A DNA stretch of 64,000 nt from a virus: positions 17,906-81,905 of IMG/VR virus record IMGVR_UViG_3300047445_000153; one strand, 5' to 3'. Position numbers and translations under genes: made by a program. Under the pieces are notes generated by a model. It was not told where the DNA came from. It saw only the letters and a program-made list of their open reading frames with translations, and made no database searches. This document shows, one piece after another, positions 38,011 to 47,770 of this stretch (positions are counted from its first letter, which is position 1; each line of letters opens with the position of its first letter).

Positions 38011-38288
38011 GCTTTGTGTTCCTTGTAGGCGCGCTGTTGCCAATCGATCACATCGTCGTTGCGCGTTTTCCATTCGGCGGGCGGGTTGATGATCGTGCCG
38101 GTCTTGGGACGAACCAGCACCACGTTGAGAAATTCCAGCTTGCTCATCGCCTCCCGCAAAACCGTGCGGCTCACGCCGAGCTGTTTCGCCAGTTGGTCTT
38201 GGGCGGGGAGCTGTTCCCCATGCCCGGTTTCGATGATCAGGTCCACCAGCTGGTCGAGCGCTCTGCCGACCATAGACTGCGTACTCAT
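38007..38288 (-). CDS. Stand-alone GntR/FadR-type winged HTH
   Basis: LPAQDQLAKQLGVSRTVLREAM..LE...V..RPKTGT. Confidence 0.85.
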   Translation of the reverse strand: MSTQSMVGRALDQLVDLIIETGHGEQLPAQDQLAKQLGVSRTVLREAMSKLEFLNVVLVRPKTGTIINPPAEWKTRNDDVIDWQQRAYKEHKA

Positions 38289-38515
38289 GACACTTTCTCC
38301 TTCAAGTATTCTTCGACTGCGGCCTTAGCTTCGGCGACGAGACGAACTGCCTCGTCGCCTTCGCCGTTGATCGTCAACACCCGCGCGATCTCGCGCAGCG
38401 CGCCCTTGAGGGGCAGCGTTGCGTCATCGCTGCTGTTGCTCCATGTTTCCTCCGACACGTAGCCGGTGTCGGTGTCGAACGCAACCTGCACACGGCTTTT
38501 CACGATGGTGCTCAT
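38285..38515 (-). CDS. Hypothetical protein
   Basis: ATGA overlaps on both sides. Confidence 0.6.
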   Translation of the reverse strand: MSTIVKSRVQVAFDTDTGYVSEETWSNSSDDATLPLKGALREIARVLTINGEGDEAVRLVAEAKAAVEEYLKEKVS

Positions 38516-38769
38516 GCTGCTTGCCCCTGTGGAATGCTGAAGGTGTACGTCGCGACCGGGTACTGGATCGTCAACATATGCTTCACATAGAACTTCCCAG
38601 CATCCGTGATGACTAGCCCTGTCAGGCTGTTCATCTCAGCTACGCCCGCATCGACGAGGCGACGGGCGGCTTCACCGTGGGTCACGGAGCGCGTGTAATT
38701 AACGGGCTCCCCGGAGTAATACAGCTGGAGCAACATCTCCAGCTCGGCAACGTTGCGCGGCCTGCTCAT
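38512..38769 (-). CDS. Hypothetical protein
   Basis: ATGA overlap with polymerase stop. Confidence 0.6.
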   Translation of the reverse strand: MSRPRNVAELEMLLQLYYSGEPVNYTRSVTHGEAARRLVDAGVAEMNSLTGLVITDAGKFYVKHMLTIQYPVATYTFSIPQGQAA

Positions 38770-41471
38770 GCGGTGCACTCCTCTTCTTGTTCGACGGGCA
38801 TGCCGTCGAGGATGTAATCCAAAATCGCCTTGCGCTCTTCCCGCGTGGCATGCTTGCCCCAGCGGTCTTCAGAGACACACGGCAACCCCTTTTGCATTTC
38901 CATCAGTTCGACCTGACCGCTGGTCGACGTCTTCGGGTTCCACGCCTGCAACGTCTTGCCGATCGCAAGCGATGAGTCCAGCATCAAGTTCTTGATCAGG
39001 CCGCTGTCCTTGATCATCTCCTCATACAGCACGTCGAGGAAGTCGAGCACTTGCGAGCGCGGCACGCTGTAAACCAGCTCATCGTGGATCAGCAGGTAGA
39101 AGCGCGCACGGAAGGCCTCAGCCTTGATGCGATCGTTCATGCGCGCCATCGTCCGCTTAGCAAGCGCAGCACACAGCCCCTGCACCTTCGCGTTCACACA
39201 CTGGTTGCCAGCACGGCGATTGATCTTCTTGATGACCAGTTCACCGAACGCCGCGATGGCCGGGTCACCATAGGACTGGAACTTCATCCGCATGATGTTG
39301 ACCCACTCGTCGGTCGACTCGAAGCGGTCCCGCCGATGATGGTCCGGCAGCTCGACGTAGCCCAGCTCGCGCGCCTCGTTGATGGTGCCGATGCGCCACT
39401 CCTCGGCCACGGGGAACGTCGCACGGTACTTGTCCGTCATCTCCCACATGGTCTCGCTCGACCACCCCAGGACCTCGGCCGTCGTGCCGAGCGCACCTGA
39501 GTACCAGTACCCGAAGTTCGCTGGCTTGCCCACGTCGGTGCGCAGCTGCTTCTTGTTCGGGTTGTTCTCGTACTCTTCGTCGGTCAGCCCCATCAGACCG
39601 GTGACGGCCTCCTTGTGCAGATCGTCGTGCGGACGCTGGCCATAAGCCTTGCGGAACTTCGGATCGTTCGAGTAATCCCCGATGATCACCAGCTCCACTG
39701 CCGACCAGTCGGCCGATACCAGCACGTGCTCCTCGCCCTCTGCGTCGTCGTCATCGGCCTCGAAGAAGCCCCGGACATACGCCGCCTCACCGAACTTGCT
39801 GAGCTGCTGGCCGTTCGGGTTCTGGCACGAGCTGCGGCGGGTCGCCAGCAGCGACGACAGCTGCGGATACACGCGACCGGTGTCCGGGTCCACCAGCAGC
39901 AGGTACGGGGTCAGGTACAGCTTCACGCGCTGCGCGAGGCTCGCCATCGCCTTGTACGTGCGGAAGACCGTGAGGCCTGCCTCGTAGCGCTCGATTACCG
40001 AGATCTTGTTGAGCGTCAGGCCTAGCTTCAGCTTCAGCGCCGGGGCCACTTCGCCCTTGTCGTCGATCTCCAGGCCTGCGTCGCGGTGCTGCTTGATCCA
40101 GCGGCGCTCCAGCTCATCACGGCAGTCGCCATCGCTCTGCGTCTTGCCATCAGCCTGCATGTACGAGCCGCGCAGCAGGTCATAGATGACCGTGCGCATC
40201 GGCATGTAGTGGACCAGATTCACGCCGCTCGATTCCTTCATGCCGCGCTCGGTCGCCCACGCGGCCGACACCGGGCTGCGGACCTGATAGCACTGCTCGA
40301 AGTCGTCGTCGCTATCCGGTGACAGCGCCCACTTCTCGATCTGCTGGCGGTACTTCTTGTAGCCCGTCGAGCCCTTGACCGGGTCGACATACCACTTGTC
40401 GTACTTGGCCAGCTTCTCGTGTGGCTCGTCATCGAACGGCAGCAGCGCCTTGATCGCGGCCTTCATGGTGCGAAGGTGACGTGCCTCGTTCGAGCGCTCG
40501 ATGTCGCGGCGTTCGAGCACCGCCTTGCCGTTGAGCTTGATGCCATGCTGCCACGCCTCGGAGGCCGAGCGAACGAACGGCATCTCCTGCTGCATGAACG
40601 TGTTGAAGACCGGTGGGTTGGTCTGCATGATGTACTGCATGAGGCGGTGGAACAGCTGCACACACCAGTACGCATCGTCCACGCCGTACTCGTAGACCTG
40701 CTCGCCGGTCAGCATGCCCATGTGGACTTCGTCGCCCAGCGTCTCGTCGAAGGTCGCCATCTTGTAGCCGAACCAGCTCAGCACCGCGCGCTTCAGGTCG
40801 TAGCCGATCTTGATCGACGCGACGTAGCCGTTGTAGCTGTGCGCTGAAGTCGACTCCTTGGCCGTGACCTTGAAGACCAGATCTTCTTGGTCCGCGTTCA
40901 GCGTCATGCCCTGCTCGTAGCCCGCGAACTTGCGCGAGACGATCGGCAGCAGCTTCTCGATGCCCCCGAGTCCAGGCTCGCGGAACGTGTCCTTGAAGTA
41001 GGTGTCGGGCGAGTACGCGGACACGGCCATCTGCAACGTGCAGATGACCTTGGTGCCCAGGTCGTAGCCGAGGGACTTCATCATCATCGTCCACTCGAAG
41101 CCCGCGTTGTGGATCAGCCAGTAGGCGTCCGGCGCCTTCGCATCGAGCAGGCGCTTGGCTTGGCTCCAAGGCACACGGTTCTCAACGTCCGCGTGCTTCA
41201 GGTTGATGTAGTAGCCCAGCTCGTTGCCGTCCGGGTAGATCGAGAAGCCCGTGACGTTGGTCCGGTTCGTGTCGAAGACGAGGCGCGTGGACGAGGACTT
41301 CTTGCCTTCGTCGTTGACCTTCATGAAGAGGTTCAAGCCTTCATGACGTTCGCTGTCCTCGGTCTCGATGTCGAAGCCGACAAAGCCGACCGACGCAATC
41401 TCCGAGATGAGCGCTTCCGCGTAGTCATCCCAGTTGCGCGCGTCGATCAGAATTTTCCGATCGCGATCCAT
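38766..41471 (-). CDS. DNA polymerase, family A (3'-5' exonuclease + polymerase)
   Basis: GFDIET, IHNAGFE, YGVDD; TRRSSCQNPNGQQL, ADWSAVEL, KPANFG..Y, IHDELV. Confidence 0.93.
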   Translation of the reverse strand: MDRDRKILIDARNWDDYAEALISEIASVGFVGFDIETEDSERHEGLNLFMKVNDEGKKSSSTRLVFDTNRTNVTGFSIYPDGNELGYYINLKHADVENRVPWSQAKRLLDAKAPDAYWLIHNAGFEWTMMMKSLGYDLGTKVICTLQMAVSAYSPDTYFKDTFREPGLGGIEKLLPIVSRKFAGYEQGMTLNADQEDLVFKVTAKESTSAHSYNGYVASIKIGYDLKRAVLSWFGYKMATFDETLGDEVHMGMLTGEQVYEYGVDDAYWCVQLFHRLMQYIMQTNPPVFNTFMQQEMPFVRSASEAWQHGIKLNGKAVLERRDIERSNEARHLRTMKAAIKALLPFDDEPHEKLAKYDKWYVDPVKGSTGYKKYRQQIEKWALSPDSDDDFEQCYQVRSPVSAAWATERGMKESSGVNLVHYMPMRTVIYDLLRGSYMQADGKTQSDGDCRDELERRWIKQHRDAGLEIDDKGEVAPALKLKLGLTLNKISVIERYEAGLTVFRTYKAMASLAQRVKLYLTPYLLLVDPDTGRVYPQLSSLLATRRSSCQNPNGQQLSKFGEAAYVRGFFEADDDDAEGEEHVLVSADWSAVELVIIGDYSNDPKFRKAYGQRPHDDLHKEAVTGLMGLTDEEYENNPNKKQLRTDVGKPANFGYWYSGALGTTAEVLGWSSETMWEMTDKYRATFPVAEEWRIGTINEARELGYVELPDHHRRDRFESTDEWVNIMRMKFQSYGDPAIAAFGELVIKKINRRAGNQCVNAKVQGLCAALAKRTMARMNDRIKAEAFRARFYLLIHDELVYSVPRSQVLDFLDVLYEEMIKDSGLIKNLMLDSSLAIGKTLQAWNPKTSTSGQVELMEMQKGLPCVSEDRWGKHATREERKAILDYILDGMPVEQEEECTA

Positions 41472-41473
41472 GC

Positions 41474-41659
41474 TTACTCCATCGTGCTTGCGGCGACTTC
41501 CGAGCCGACCAGCGCGACGGCGAACATGCCGATGCCGTCATCGCGCTTGATGATGGAGCGGATCTCATCTGCTGCTGCCTGGATCTTCGCCTGCGTGTCT
41601 GCATCTTGCTTGCCGATCTCGTCCTTGACGATGAGCAGCTGAATGTATTCCGGTGCCAT
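41474..41659 (-). CDS. Hypothetical protein
   Basis: AGGA RBS; stop 2 nt before polymerase start. Confidence 0.55.
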   Translation of the reverse strand: MAPEYIQLLIVKDEIGKQDADTQAKIQAAADEIRSIIKRDDGIGMFAVALVGSEVAASTME

Positions 41660-41687
41660 TGTTTCGATCCTGTTGTGGTGGTGGTGG

Positions 41688-42470
41688 TTACAGCATGAAA
41701 TCTTTCAGCACATCGTTGAGCACGCGATCATCGCGCTGGCCGACAACGAGGTTGTCGAAGATGTCTTGGAGCGGCACGTCGTAGAAGCCCGTGATCTCCC
41801 ACATAGCCTTGAGCGTCGCTTCGTTGGCCTTGACCCATTCGATGGTCTTCTTGCCGAGATTGAAGCTGCCAGCTTCGCTGTCCCAGCACGGCGTATAGTC
41901 TTCCGTGAAGTACTGAAGCCAGCGCTCGCGGTCGCAGTGCTCCCACGCCTTCGGGCCGAAGCCAGGGATGCCGGGGATCTTGTCCGAGCTGTCACCGACC
42001 AGCGTCTTCATCAACCGGACTTCGGTGAAGTCGGTGTGGGCGTAGCCGTTCTTCTTCGAGCCGATCATCGTCGTGTGCTGGCCGTCACACACGGCGAAGT
42101 AGTCGCCGTCAGTAGAGTGAATCCTGATGGCGTCCGTGCTCGGCTTGTAGTGGTTGGCAAGCTTGACGATCACGTCATCTGCTTCCCACCCCTTCAGCTC
42201 CAGCGACATGCAGCGCGTGAAGCGCAGCACCTGCTTGAACAGATCCGCTGTCTTGTAGAACTGGTCAGGCGCCGGTTGGCGTCCGACCTTGTAGCCGGGG
42301 AAGACCTTGCGACGACGCTCTTTAGCGCCGTGGCCATCCCAGCACCAGATGATCGTATCGAACATGGGGAGCATGTTCATCTCATACAACACGTCGCGGA
42401 TCGTGCCGTTCGCTTCGAACTTGATTCGAAACTGGTTGTTGCCATCTATCAGATGGAGAGTGCGTTGCAT
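41688..42470 (-). CDS. 5'-3' exonuclease / flap endonuclease
   Basis: LIDGNN, RRKVFPGYK, EADDVI, STDGD, LVGDSSDKIPGIPGFG.K. Confidence 0.92.
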   Translation of the reverse strand: MQRTLHLIDGNNQFRIKFEANGTIRDVLYEMNMLPMFDTIIWCWDGHGAKERRRKVFPGYKVGRQPAPDQFYKTADLFKQVLRFTRCMSLELKGWEADDVIVKLANHYKPSTDAIRIHSTDGDYFAVCDGQHTTMIGSKKNGYAHTDFTEVRLMKTLVGDSSDKIPGIPGFGPKAWEHCDRERWLQYFTEDYTPCWDSEAGSFNLGKKTIEWVKANEATLKAMWEITGFYDVPLQDIFDNLVVGQRDDRVLNDVLKDFML

Positions 42471-42492
42471 GGTTGACCTCGCAGGGGCGTAG

Positions 42493-42525
42493 AAAAAGCC
42501 GCGAACTTTCCCAAGTTCGCGGCTT
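42493..42525 (-). terminator. Intrinsic terminator
   Basis: AAGCCGCGAACTT-GGGA-AAGTTCGCGGCTT plus T run on minus strand. Confidence 0.88.
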
Positions 42526-42542
42526 CCGATGACGCTAGGCGG

Positions 42543-43280
42543 TTAGGCCGTCGCGCCTTCTTCCTGCTCTACTTCTGCGTACTCGCCCAGCGACTCCCAG
42601 CACATCACGCCCCAGGCGTTGCCCGCCTTGTTCGTCATCCGCTTCGAGGTCACCTTGACCGCCACTTGCGCGCCGATCAGGCCTTCCTGCATGACCCGCT
42701 GGTAGAAGTCCTGCCATTCCCGCCAGTTGGTCGTCGACGTGGCGTAGCCCACGCGGGTACCCGCCTTGGCCAGCAGCACGCCCTTCGGCGACACGACGTC
42801 TTTCGTCAGGACCATCGGGACGTCGACCGAACGATACGGCTTCTGCTTGTTGTCGATGGTGGTCGCTTTCGTGATCGCCTCGACCCAGCTGATGCCCTTG
42901 TCGCTCTGCACGCCGTCGTACGTCGACCAGTACTGCGCGGGGTTCCCCGCCTTGATCGACATCTTCGGCGCGAAGCCGATGCCTTCGGTCATGTCGATGT
43001 AGGCGTCGAACTCTTGAATGAGTTCTTCGCCGCCGACGAGCATGCCGTATTCCTTGACCTTCGCCCAGATGTCGACGTTCATCGCGCCGGTCATCAGCTG
43101 GTCCATCGAGAGCTTCTGACCCGGCGTACCCGGCATGGCTACTGCACCGGGTTGAGCGACTGCCACGGCCCCGCCTGCTGCTGCGGTTGCTGCCGCGTTC
43201 GATGCTGCTGCGCCTGCTGCTGCGGCGATTTGGCCTGCTGCTGCTTGGGCCTTTTCGATTGCTTGTTGGATCGGATCCAT
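42543..43280 (-). CDS. Replication-module protein, possible ssDNA-binding protein
   Basis: Own promoter and terminator, acidic tail, between helicase and exonuclease; function inferred from context. Confidence 0.45.
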   Translation of the reverse strand: MDPIQQAIEKAQAAAGQIAAAAGAAASNAAATAAAGGAVAVAQPGAVAMPGTPGQKLSMDQLMTGAMNVDIWAKVKEYGMLVGGEELIQEFDAYIDMTEGIGFAPKMSIKAGNPAQYWSTYDGVQSDKGISWVEAITKATTIDNKQKPYRSVDVPMVLTKDVVSPKGVLLAKAGTRVGYATSTTNWREWQDFYQRVMQEGLIGAQVAVKVTSKRMTNKAGNAWGVMCWESLGEYAEVEQEEGATA

Positions 43281-43368
43281 AATGCCTTTTCCTTTGAAAT
43301 GTGAAAGCGCCAGTTTCGGGTTCGTAAAACCTCGCGACTGAGTGGTGGGATCAGCAGCGAGTTCGAAG

Positions 43369-43418
43369 ATCATAGCTTCGATCTTCTAACCATTCAATCG
43401 GAACTAGACGATAGTTCC
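43369..43418 (-). promoter_or_regulatory. Promoter with upstream palindromic box
   Basis: Minus strand TTGAAT-N17-TATGAT; GGAACTA-N5-TAGTTCC at 43400-43418. Confidence 0.6.
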
Positions 43419-43430
43419 AAAAGAATTTTC

Positions 43431-44873
43431 TTACATAAAGTCAGCCATCGCGATCTTGCGTGCGGTGGCCTTGCTCTTGTCAAACAGCTCCACCTCCTCC
43501 TGCCGTCGTTGCTCTGACAGCTTGAAGATCTCTTTGGTCGGATCGACCTTGTGTGCTTCTCTCGACTTCTGCTCGATGATCTGCATGATGCGTTGATCGA
43601 TCGAGTCACGGTATTCGAGTACGTAGATCAGCAGCGCGCTGGTACGAGCGCCACGGATGCCACGTCGATACGCCTGGACGAAGCTATCGTCCATGTAGTT
43701 GAGCGACGTGAAGACCATCACCGACAGGTGGTGCCAGTTAAAGCCCACGCCTGCTGTATCCGGTGAGGCCACCACGCAATCGAGCTGGCCCGCACGGAAG
43801 GCCTGATCGATCGCAGCGCGGCGCGACGACGATACGTTGCCGTTGATCAGCGCCGTGCGCAAGCCCATCGACTTGGCGAGCGCAACGATGCGCTCCATCT
43901 CCGGGATCAGCGCGGCGAAGATCGCGATCGGCTCGCCCGACTGAACCGCGTCGGCCAAGTGGATGATCAGACGTTCGTCCTTGCCGGTCTTCTCACCCTT
44001 CGCGATCCCGAACGTCTCGGGGTGCGACATGATCTGACGGCAGCGCATCGCGTTGACGGCGGGTGTCGCTCCCTCAAGGAACTCATCGGTCAGCTCGACG
44101 AGTGCTTCATCCTCCATCTCTTCATAAGCTTTGCGCTGCTTGGGCGACATGTCACACAACTCGGTCACGATCACCTTCGCTTCTTCCCCGTGGACCTCGG
44201 TGAAGGTGTGGCGCACCGCGACGCGGGCCAGGATCTGAGCCAGCTTGTCGTGGTTGGTCCAGCCGATGGTCGTGCCGTACTCGTCTTGCAGCCGGTGATA
44301 CCCGAGGAAGCCGCCGAACGTGCCGTAGAAGCGCGGCTCGATGACCTCAATCGTGGGGTACGCACTGCCGATGTTCCCCTTGATGATGGTCCCCGTCATG
44401 CCGAGGTTGTACGTGATCTGGCGCATCGCGAGGATCCAGTTCGTCGTGCGCTTCGCGTTGTACCCGGCATAGCCGAGATGCAGTTCGTCTACCACGCACG
44501 CATCCAGCTCGGAGTGCAGGCCCTTCATCTTCTGCCACTCATCCGAGAAGCGCTGGAAGCCCATCAGGAACACCTTGGCATTCGGGTTGCGCATCTGGTT
44601 GTCACGCCGCTTCGTGTCGCCGTCGATGATCTGGATCTCCTCGGGCTTGAAGTTCGTGAACTCAAGGAGTTCGTCCTTGTTCTTTCGCAACAAACTCATC
44701 GGCATCACGAACGCGGTCTTGACCTTCAGCACGCTCCACAGGTACCAAATGTACATGCAGGCTGATCCCGTCTTCTGGCAGGCCGGGTCGCTCAGGTTCA
44801 GACACCGCTTGGTCGCGATGTAGAACGCGAGATCTGCGATCTGGTGGTCGCGGGGGACCTTCTTCTCGATCAT
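43431..44873 (-). CDS. SF2 (SNF2-like) helicase
   Basis: PRDHQ, DPACQKT (Walker A position), VVDELH, MTGT, AGVGFN, QAYRRGIR. Confidence 0.82.
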   Translation of the reverse strand: MIEKKVPRDHQIADLAFYIATKRCLNLSDPACQKTGSACMYIWYLWSVLKVKTAFVMPMSLLRKNKDELLEFTNFKPEEIQIIDGDTKRRDNQMRNPNAKVFLMGFQRFSDEWQKMKGLHSELDACVVDELHLGYAGYNAKRTTNWILAMRQITYNLGMTGTIIKGNIGSAYPTIEVIEPRFYGTFGGFLGYHRLQDEYGTTIGWTNHDKLAQILARVAVRHTFTEVHGEEAKVIVTELCDMSPKQRKAYEEMEDEALVELTDEFLEGATPAVNAMRCRQIMSHPETFGIAKGEKTGKDERLIIHLADAVQSGEPIAIFAALIPEMERIVALAKSMGLRTALINGNVSSSRRAAIDQAFRAGQLDCVVASPDTAGVGFNWHHLSVMVFTSLNYMDDSFVQAYRRGIRGARTSALLIYVLEYRDSIDQRIMQIIEQKSREAHKVDPTKEIFKLSEQRRQEEVELFDKSKATARKIAMADFM

Positions 44874-45136
44874 TGAACCCCCCGGAATGCAGGCACTGTC
44901 TTGACCCTCACGAACTCTCGCGGCTGGACGTTGTAGAGCGCGATGTACATGCCGCTTTCGAGCCAAGCCACTGGCTCGCGGGTGGTATCTCCGAACTTCG
45001 CATCGTCCGGGTCCAGGTAGTCCCTTTGCACACGGAGCACCAGTCGGGGCACGCCGTGGAGGCTGTCCATCCAGTGGACGTTGCTGTTACGTCGCAGCGT
45101 CATCTTGGCCAGCTGGTCGATCTGGTCGTCAGTCAC
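44870..45136 (-). CDS. Hypothetical protein
   Basis: GGAGG RBS; overlaps neighbours. Confidence 0.6.
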   Translation of the reverse strand: MTDDQIDQLAKMTLRRNSNVHWMDSLHGVPRLVLRVQRDYLDPDDAKFGDTTREPVAWLESGMYIALYNVQPREFVRVKTVPAFRGVQ

Positions 45137-46338
45137 GAGCGCGCCTCCTTCACTTCGAGTGTGACCCTGTCGATTAGAGCCTCCCTGTCGGCTGCGGCGA
45201 GTAGGTCTTCAATCTTGCTCGCCCATCCGTTGTGAATGTGCACGCCTTTGTACTCGTCGGCGGCCGGGTTGTACGTGCGCAACTCGTGCGCGATTCGCAT
45301 CAGCGCCGCATCCTTTTCGGCGTCCGCACGCTCAAACAGCCACGTCATCGCGTCTTGGACAGATTGAATCGTGCGCGGCGCTTCGCTCATTTCTGTCTCA
45401 ATATTGGCACCCCAAATGCGCAGAACGAAGTCCGGGTAAATCGTCACTTTCCGCTCGCCGTGCCAAACCTCAACCGGCTTATCTTCGGCGTCCGCACGCT
45501 CATTACTCGCGCCTGCTGTGGCTAGGGCGTCGCGGATCATCAAAATCACTTCGCCGATCTTGTCTGCGGTGTTCGATGCTCGATCAGCGCGCAAGTCGCC
45601 ATATGACTGAATCGCCTCTATTATTTCCTTGCTCACCGGAAACGCCCCCGCTGTGTCGGCGTCAGCACGCGGGGCAGGTACGGGCGAAAAATCCTCGATC
45701 GCGTCGATCATTCCGGAGCCGTAAGACTTCGAACGCGGGGCGATAGGTGCGGTGACAAGGACCACATCATGTGGTGCGGGCTTGTATCCGTCGAATGCCC
45801 ACAGCAAGCACGGCTCTTTGCTACGCCCGTCGTAAAATGCCACCGCCTCACGCGGGGCAGGCACCGGAGCGAAATCCTCAATCGCGTCGATCATTCCGGA
45901 GCCGTAAGACTTCGAATGTGGGGCGATAGGGGCGGCGTAAAGCTTCGTCCCGATTGGCAACGTCTTAAGCACTTCCTCTTGAATCACCAGATCACGCTCT
46001 GCGAACGCGTCAGGGTCGCCATACTTATTGACCACTTCCGCCACCGCCTCACTCTTGCCGCCCTCGGCGCAGCCTGCCGACCTCCATTCGCCGGTAACGG
46101 GATCTGCCGTGACGTGTGCGTCGTCCCCGCCTGCATGCGTATCGCCCTTGTCTATAGCAGCGCGGGCTTGCCATGCGGTCCACCATGCGGTGACGTTCAG
46201 GTCGATATACCAGCCGTGCGGAACCTCGCGTTCCAAAAGATGCGCTCGACCGGAAGCGGAAACCCACGCCTTGAAGCGCTCCCGCTCTCCCGCGCCTGCT
46301 GATCCGTCACCGCCTGCGCAGCGTTTGTCGTTGTTCAT
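45133..46338 (-). CDS. Mosaic hypothetical phage protein with internal duplication
   Basis: APIAP.SKSYGSGMIDAIEDF.PVPAPR twice; RADA(D/E) linkers; WTAWQARA motif. Confidence 0.65.
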   Translation of the reverse strand: MNNDKRCAGGDGSAGAGERERFKAWVSASGRAHLLEREVPHGWYIDLNVTAWWTAWQARAAIDKGDTHAGGDDAHVTADPVTGEWRSAGCAEGGKSEAVAEVVNKYGDPDAFAERDLVIQEEVLKTLPIGTKLYAAPIAPHSKSYGSGMIDAIEDFAPVPAPREAVAFYDGRSKEPCLLWAFDGYKPAPHDVVLVTAPIAPRSKSYGSGMIDAIEDFSPVPAPRADADTAGAFPVSKEIIEAIQSYGDLRADRASNTADKIGEVILMIRDALATAGASNERADAEDKPVEVWHGERKVTIYPDFVLRIWGANIETEMSEAPRTIQSVQDAMTWLFERADAEKDAALMRIAHELRTYNPAADEYKGVHIHNGWASKIEDLLAAADREALIDRVTLEVKEARS

Positions 46339-46601
46339 GTCTTAAGAGCCTCGTCGATACGCTCGAAAAGCTCGCGAGGCATATTGAGCGTGATGTGGTT
46401 TCTCGGCCCATGCGGACGAGCTGCATGGTCATAGCGCTTCAACGCGGCGACCTCGGTGAGCAGCGACCGCAGCGGGGCTGTGCAATGAGCATGCACCGTG
46501 CGCCCCCACCGGCCGGGTTGCAACTCGAAGTACCCCGCGCCCTTCAGCACGAGTTGCTTGCAGCGGTCGCACGTGCCGGGGAATCGGTTTCGGTTTCTCA
46601 T
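46335..46601 (-). CDS. Small zinc-binding hypothetical protein
   Basis: NRFPGTCDRC..V..G.G and HAHC. Confidence 0.6.
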   Translation of the reverse strand: MRNRNRFPGTCDRCKQLVLKGAGYFELQPGRWGRTVHAHCTAPLRSLLTEVAALKRYDHAARPHGPRNHITLNMPRELFERIDEALKT

Positions 46602-46612
46602 GGCCTTCCTAA

Positions 46613-46816
46613 TTACGACGTTGTGACAGTCGGGTGGCAACCAATGATCCAGTGGCATGTCGGATGCTGAACGGTCGCGAGATGCCACACTTGCAGTGCC
46701 TGCTTCAAGCTCTCGCAGTCCTGGCCGAACTGTTCGTAATCCATGCCGCCCTCATTGGCCATGTACTCCTCGACCCTGAAGACGACGCTGAACTCGGTTT
46801 TAACTTCTAGCTTCAT
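46613..46816 (-). CDS. Hypothetical protein
   Basis: GGGAG RBS. Confidence 0.5.
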   Translation of the reverse strand: MKLEVKTEFSVVFRVEEYMANEGGMDYEQFGQDCESLKQALQVWHLATVQHPTCHWIIGCHPTVTTS

Positions 46817-46832
46817 GCTTTTGCTCCCTTTG

Positions 46833-47048
46833 TCAGTTATCCATGTCATATGCAAGGTTGAGCAGCGCAGTCGTCGCTTCCTCGAAGCGACGTTCTGCCT
46901 TGCGCAGCTTGCGGTAGGCCTCGACCCAATCCGGATGCTCGCGTTCGAGCGCGGGCAGCAGGCTCTCGAAGTCGACCATGCTCTCGGGCCGCTTCTCCTT
47001 GGCGAAGTAGCAGAGGCTGAGGAGGTCGCTGGATTTCAGTATGCTCAT
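46833..47048 (-). CDS. Hypothetical protein
   Basis: GGAG RBS; ATGA overlap. Confidence 0.55.
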   Translation of the reverse strand: MSILKSSDLLSLCYFAKEKRPESMVDFESLLPALEREHPDWVEAYRKLRKAERRFEEATTALLNLAYDMDN

Positions 47049-47770
47049 GCTCCCCTCCCCTTCGGCGCCGGGAGGTCGGAGAGCGGATCTTCGCGCCGCG
47101 CGTGCCGCTTCAGCACCGTCATACCCAGCGCTTCGAGCGGCAGCGACACGATGTGCTGCTCTTCCCCGGCCAGCAGCGCGGTACGCAGCCGCATGGCGGG
47201 CTTGCTGACGATCAGGTCGGCCGTACCCGTCACGATCACGCGGCGGGCGCTGTAACGCGCCTGCTCGATGATTCCGTTGAGCAGCTTCTGGTGCTTCGGG
47301 TTCGCGCCCGTGAGCACCAGCGGCTGGACGTTCGTGCGGTCCATCTCGACGTTCAGCTCGCTCGGCGAGTAATGCCAGATCGGCCGCACGATCGGAGCCA
47401 GCGGGCTGCTCATGCGCGACAGGACGAGCAGCGTGAGCGTCATCTCGTCGTTCGTGTCTTCCATCACGTACACGCCCGCCTCGTTGTCCAACTTCGGCAG
47501 CGGCAGCATGGCCTGCACGAGCGGGTCGCGGGCCAGCGCCTGGAACTGGCCCCAGTGCATCGGGTCGGGCACGGCGGCGCCGGTCGGGAACAGGTGGTTG
47601 CACATCATCCGCTTCGCGGGGATAACCACGAACGGAGACACGGCCTTGAGCGACAGGAAGTTCAGCGACGAGCGGCCTTGATGCAGGTACGCGATCCCGT
47701 CTTCGGTCCAGTGCAGCCCGTATGTGCCGAGCGTGATCTTGTGTTCAGGTTCAGGTTTCGTAGTGGTCAT
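47045..47770 (-). CDS. Hypothetical protein
   Basis: GAGGAG RBS; 241 aa. Confidence 0.6.
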   Translation of the reverse strand: MTTTKPEPEHKITLGTYGLHWTEDGIAYLHQGRSSLNFLSLKAVSPFVVIPAKRMMCNHLFPTGAAVPDPMHWGQFQALARDPLVQAMLPLPKLDNEAGVYVMEDTNDEMTLTLLVLSRMSSPLAPIVRPIWHYSPSELNVEMDRTNVQPLVLTGANPKHQKLLNGIIEQARYSARRVIVTGTADLIVSKPAMRLRTALLAGEEQHIVSLPLEALGMTVLKRHARREDPLSDLPAPKGRGA

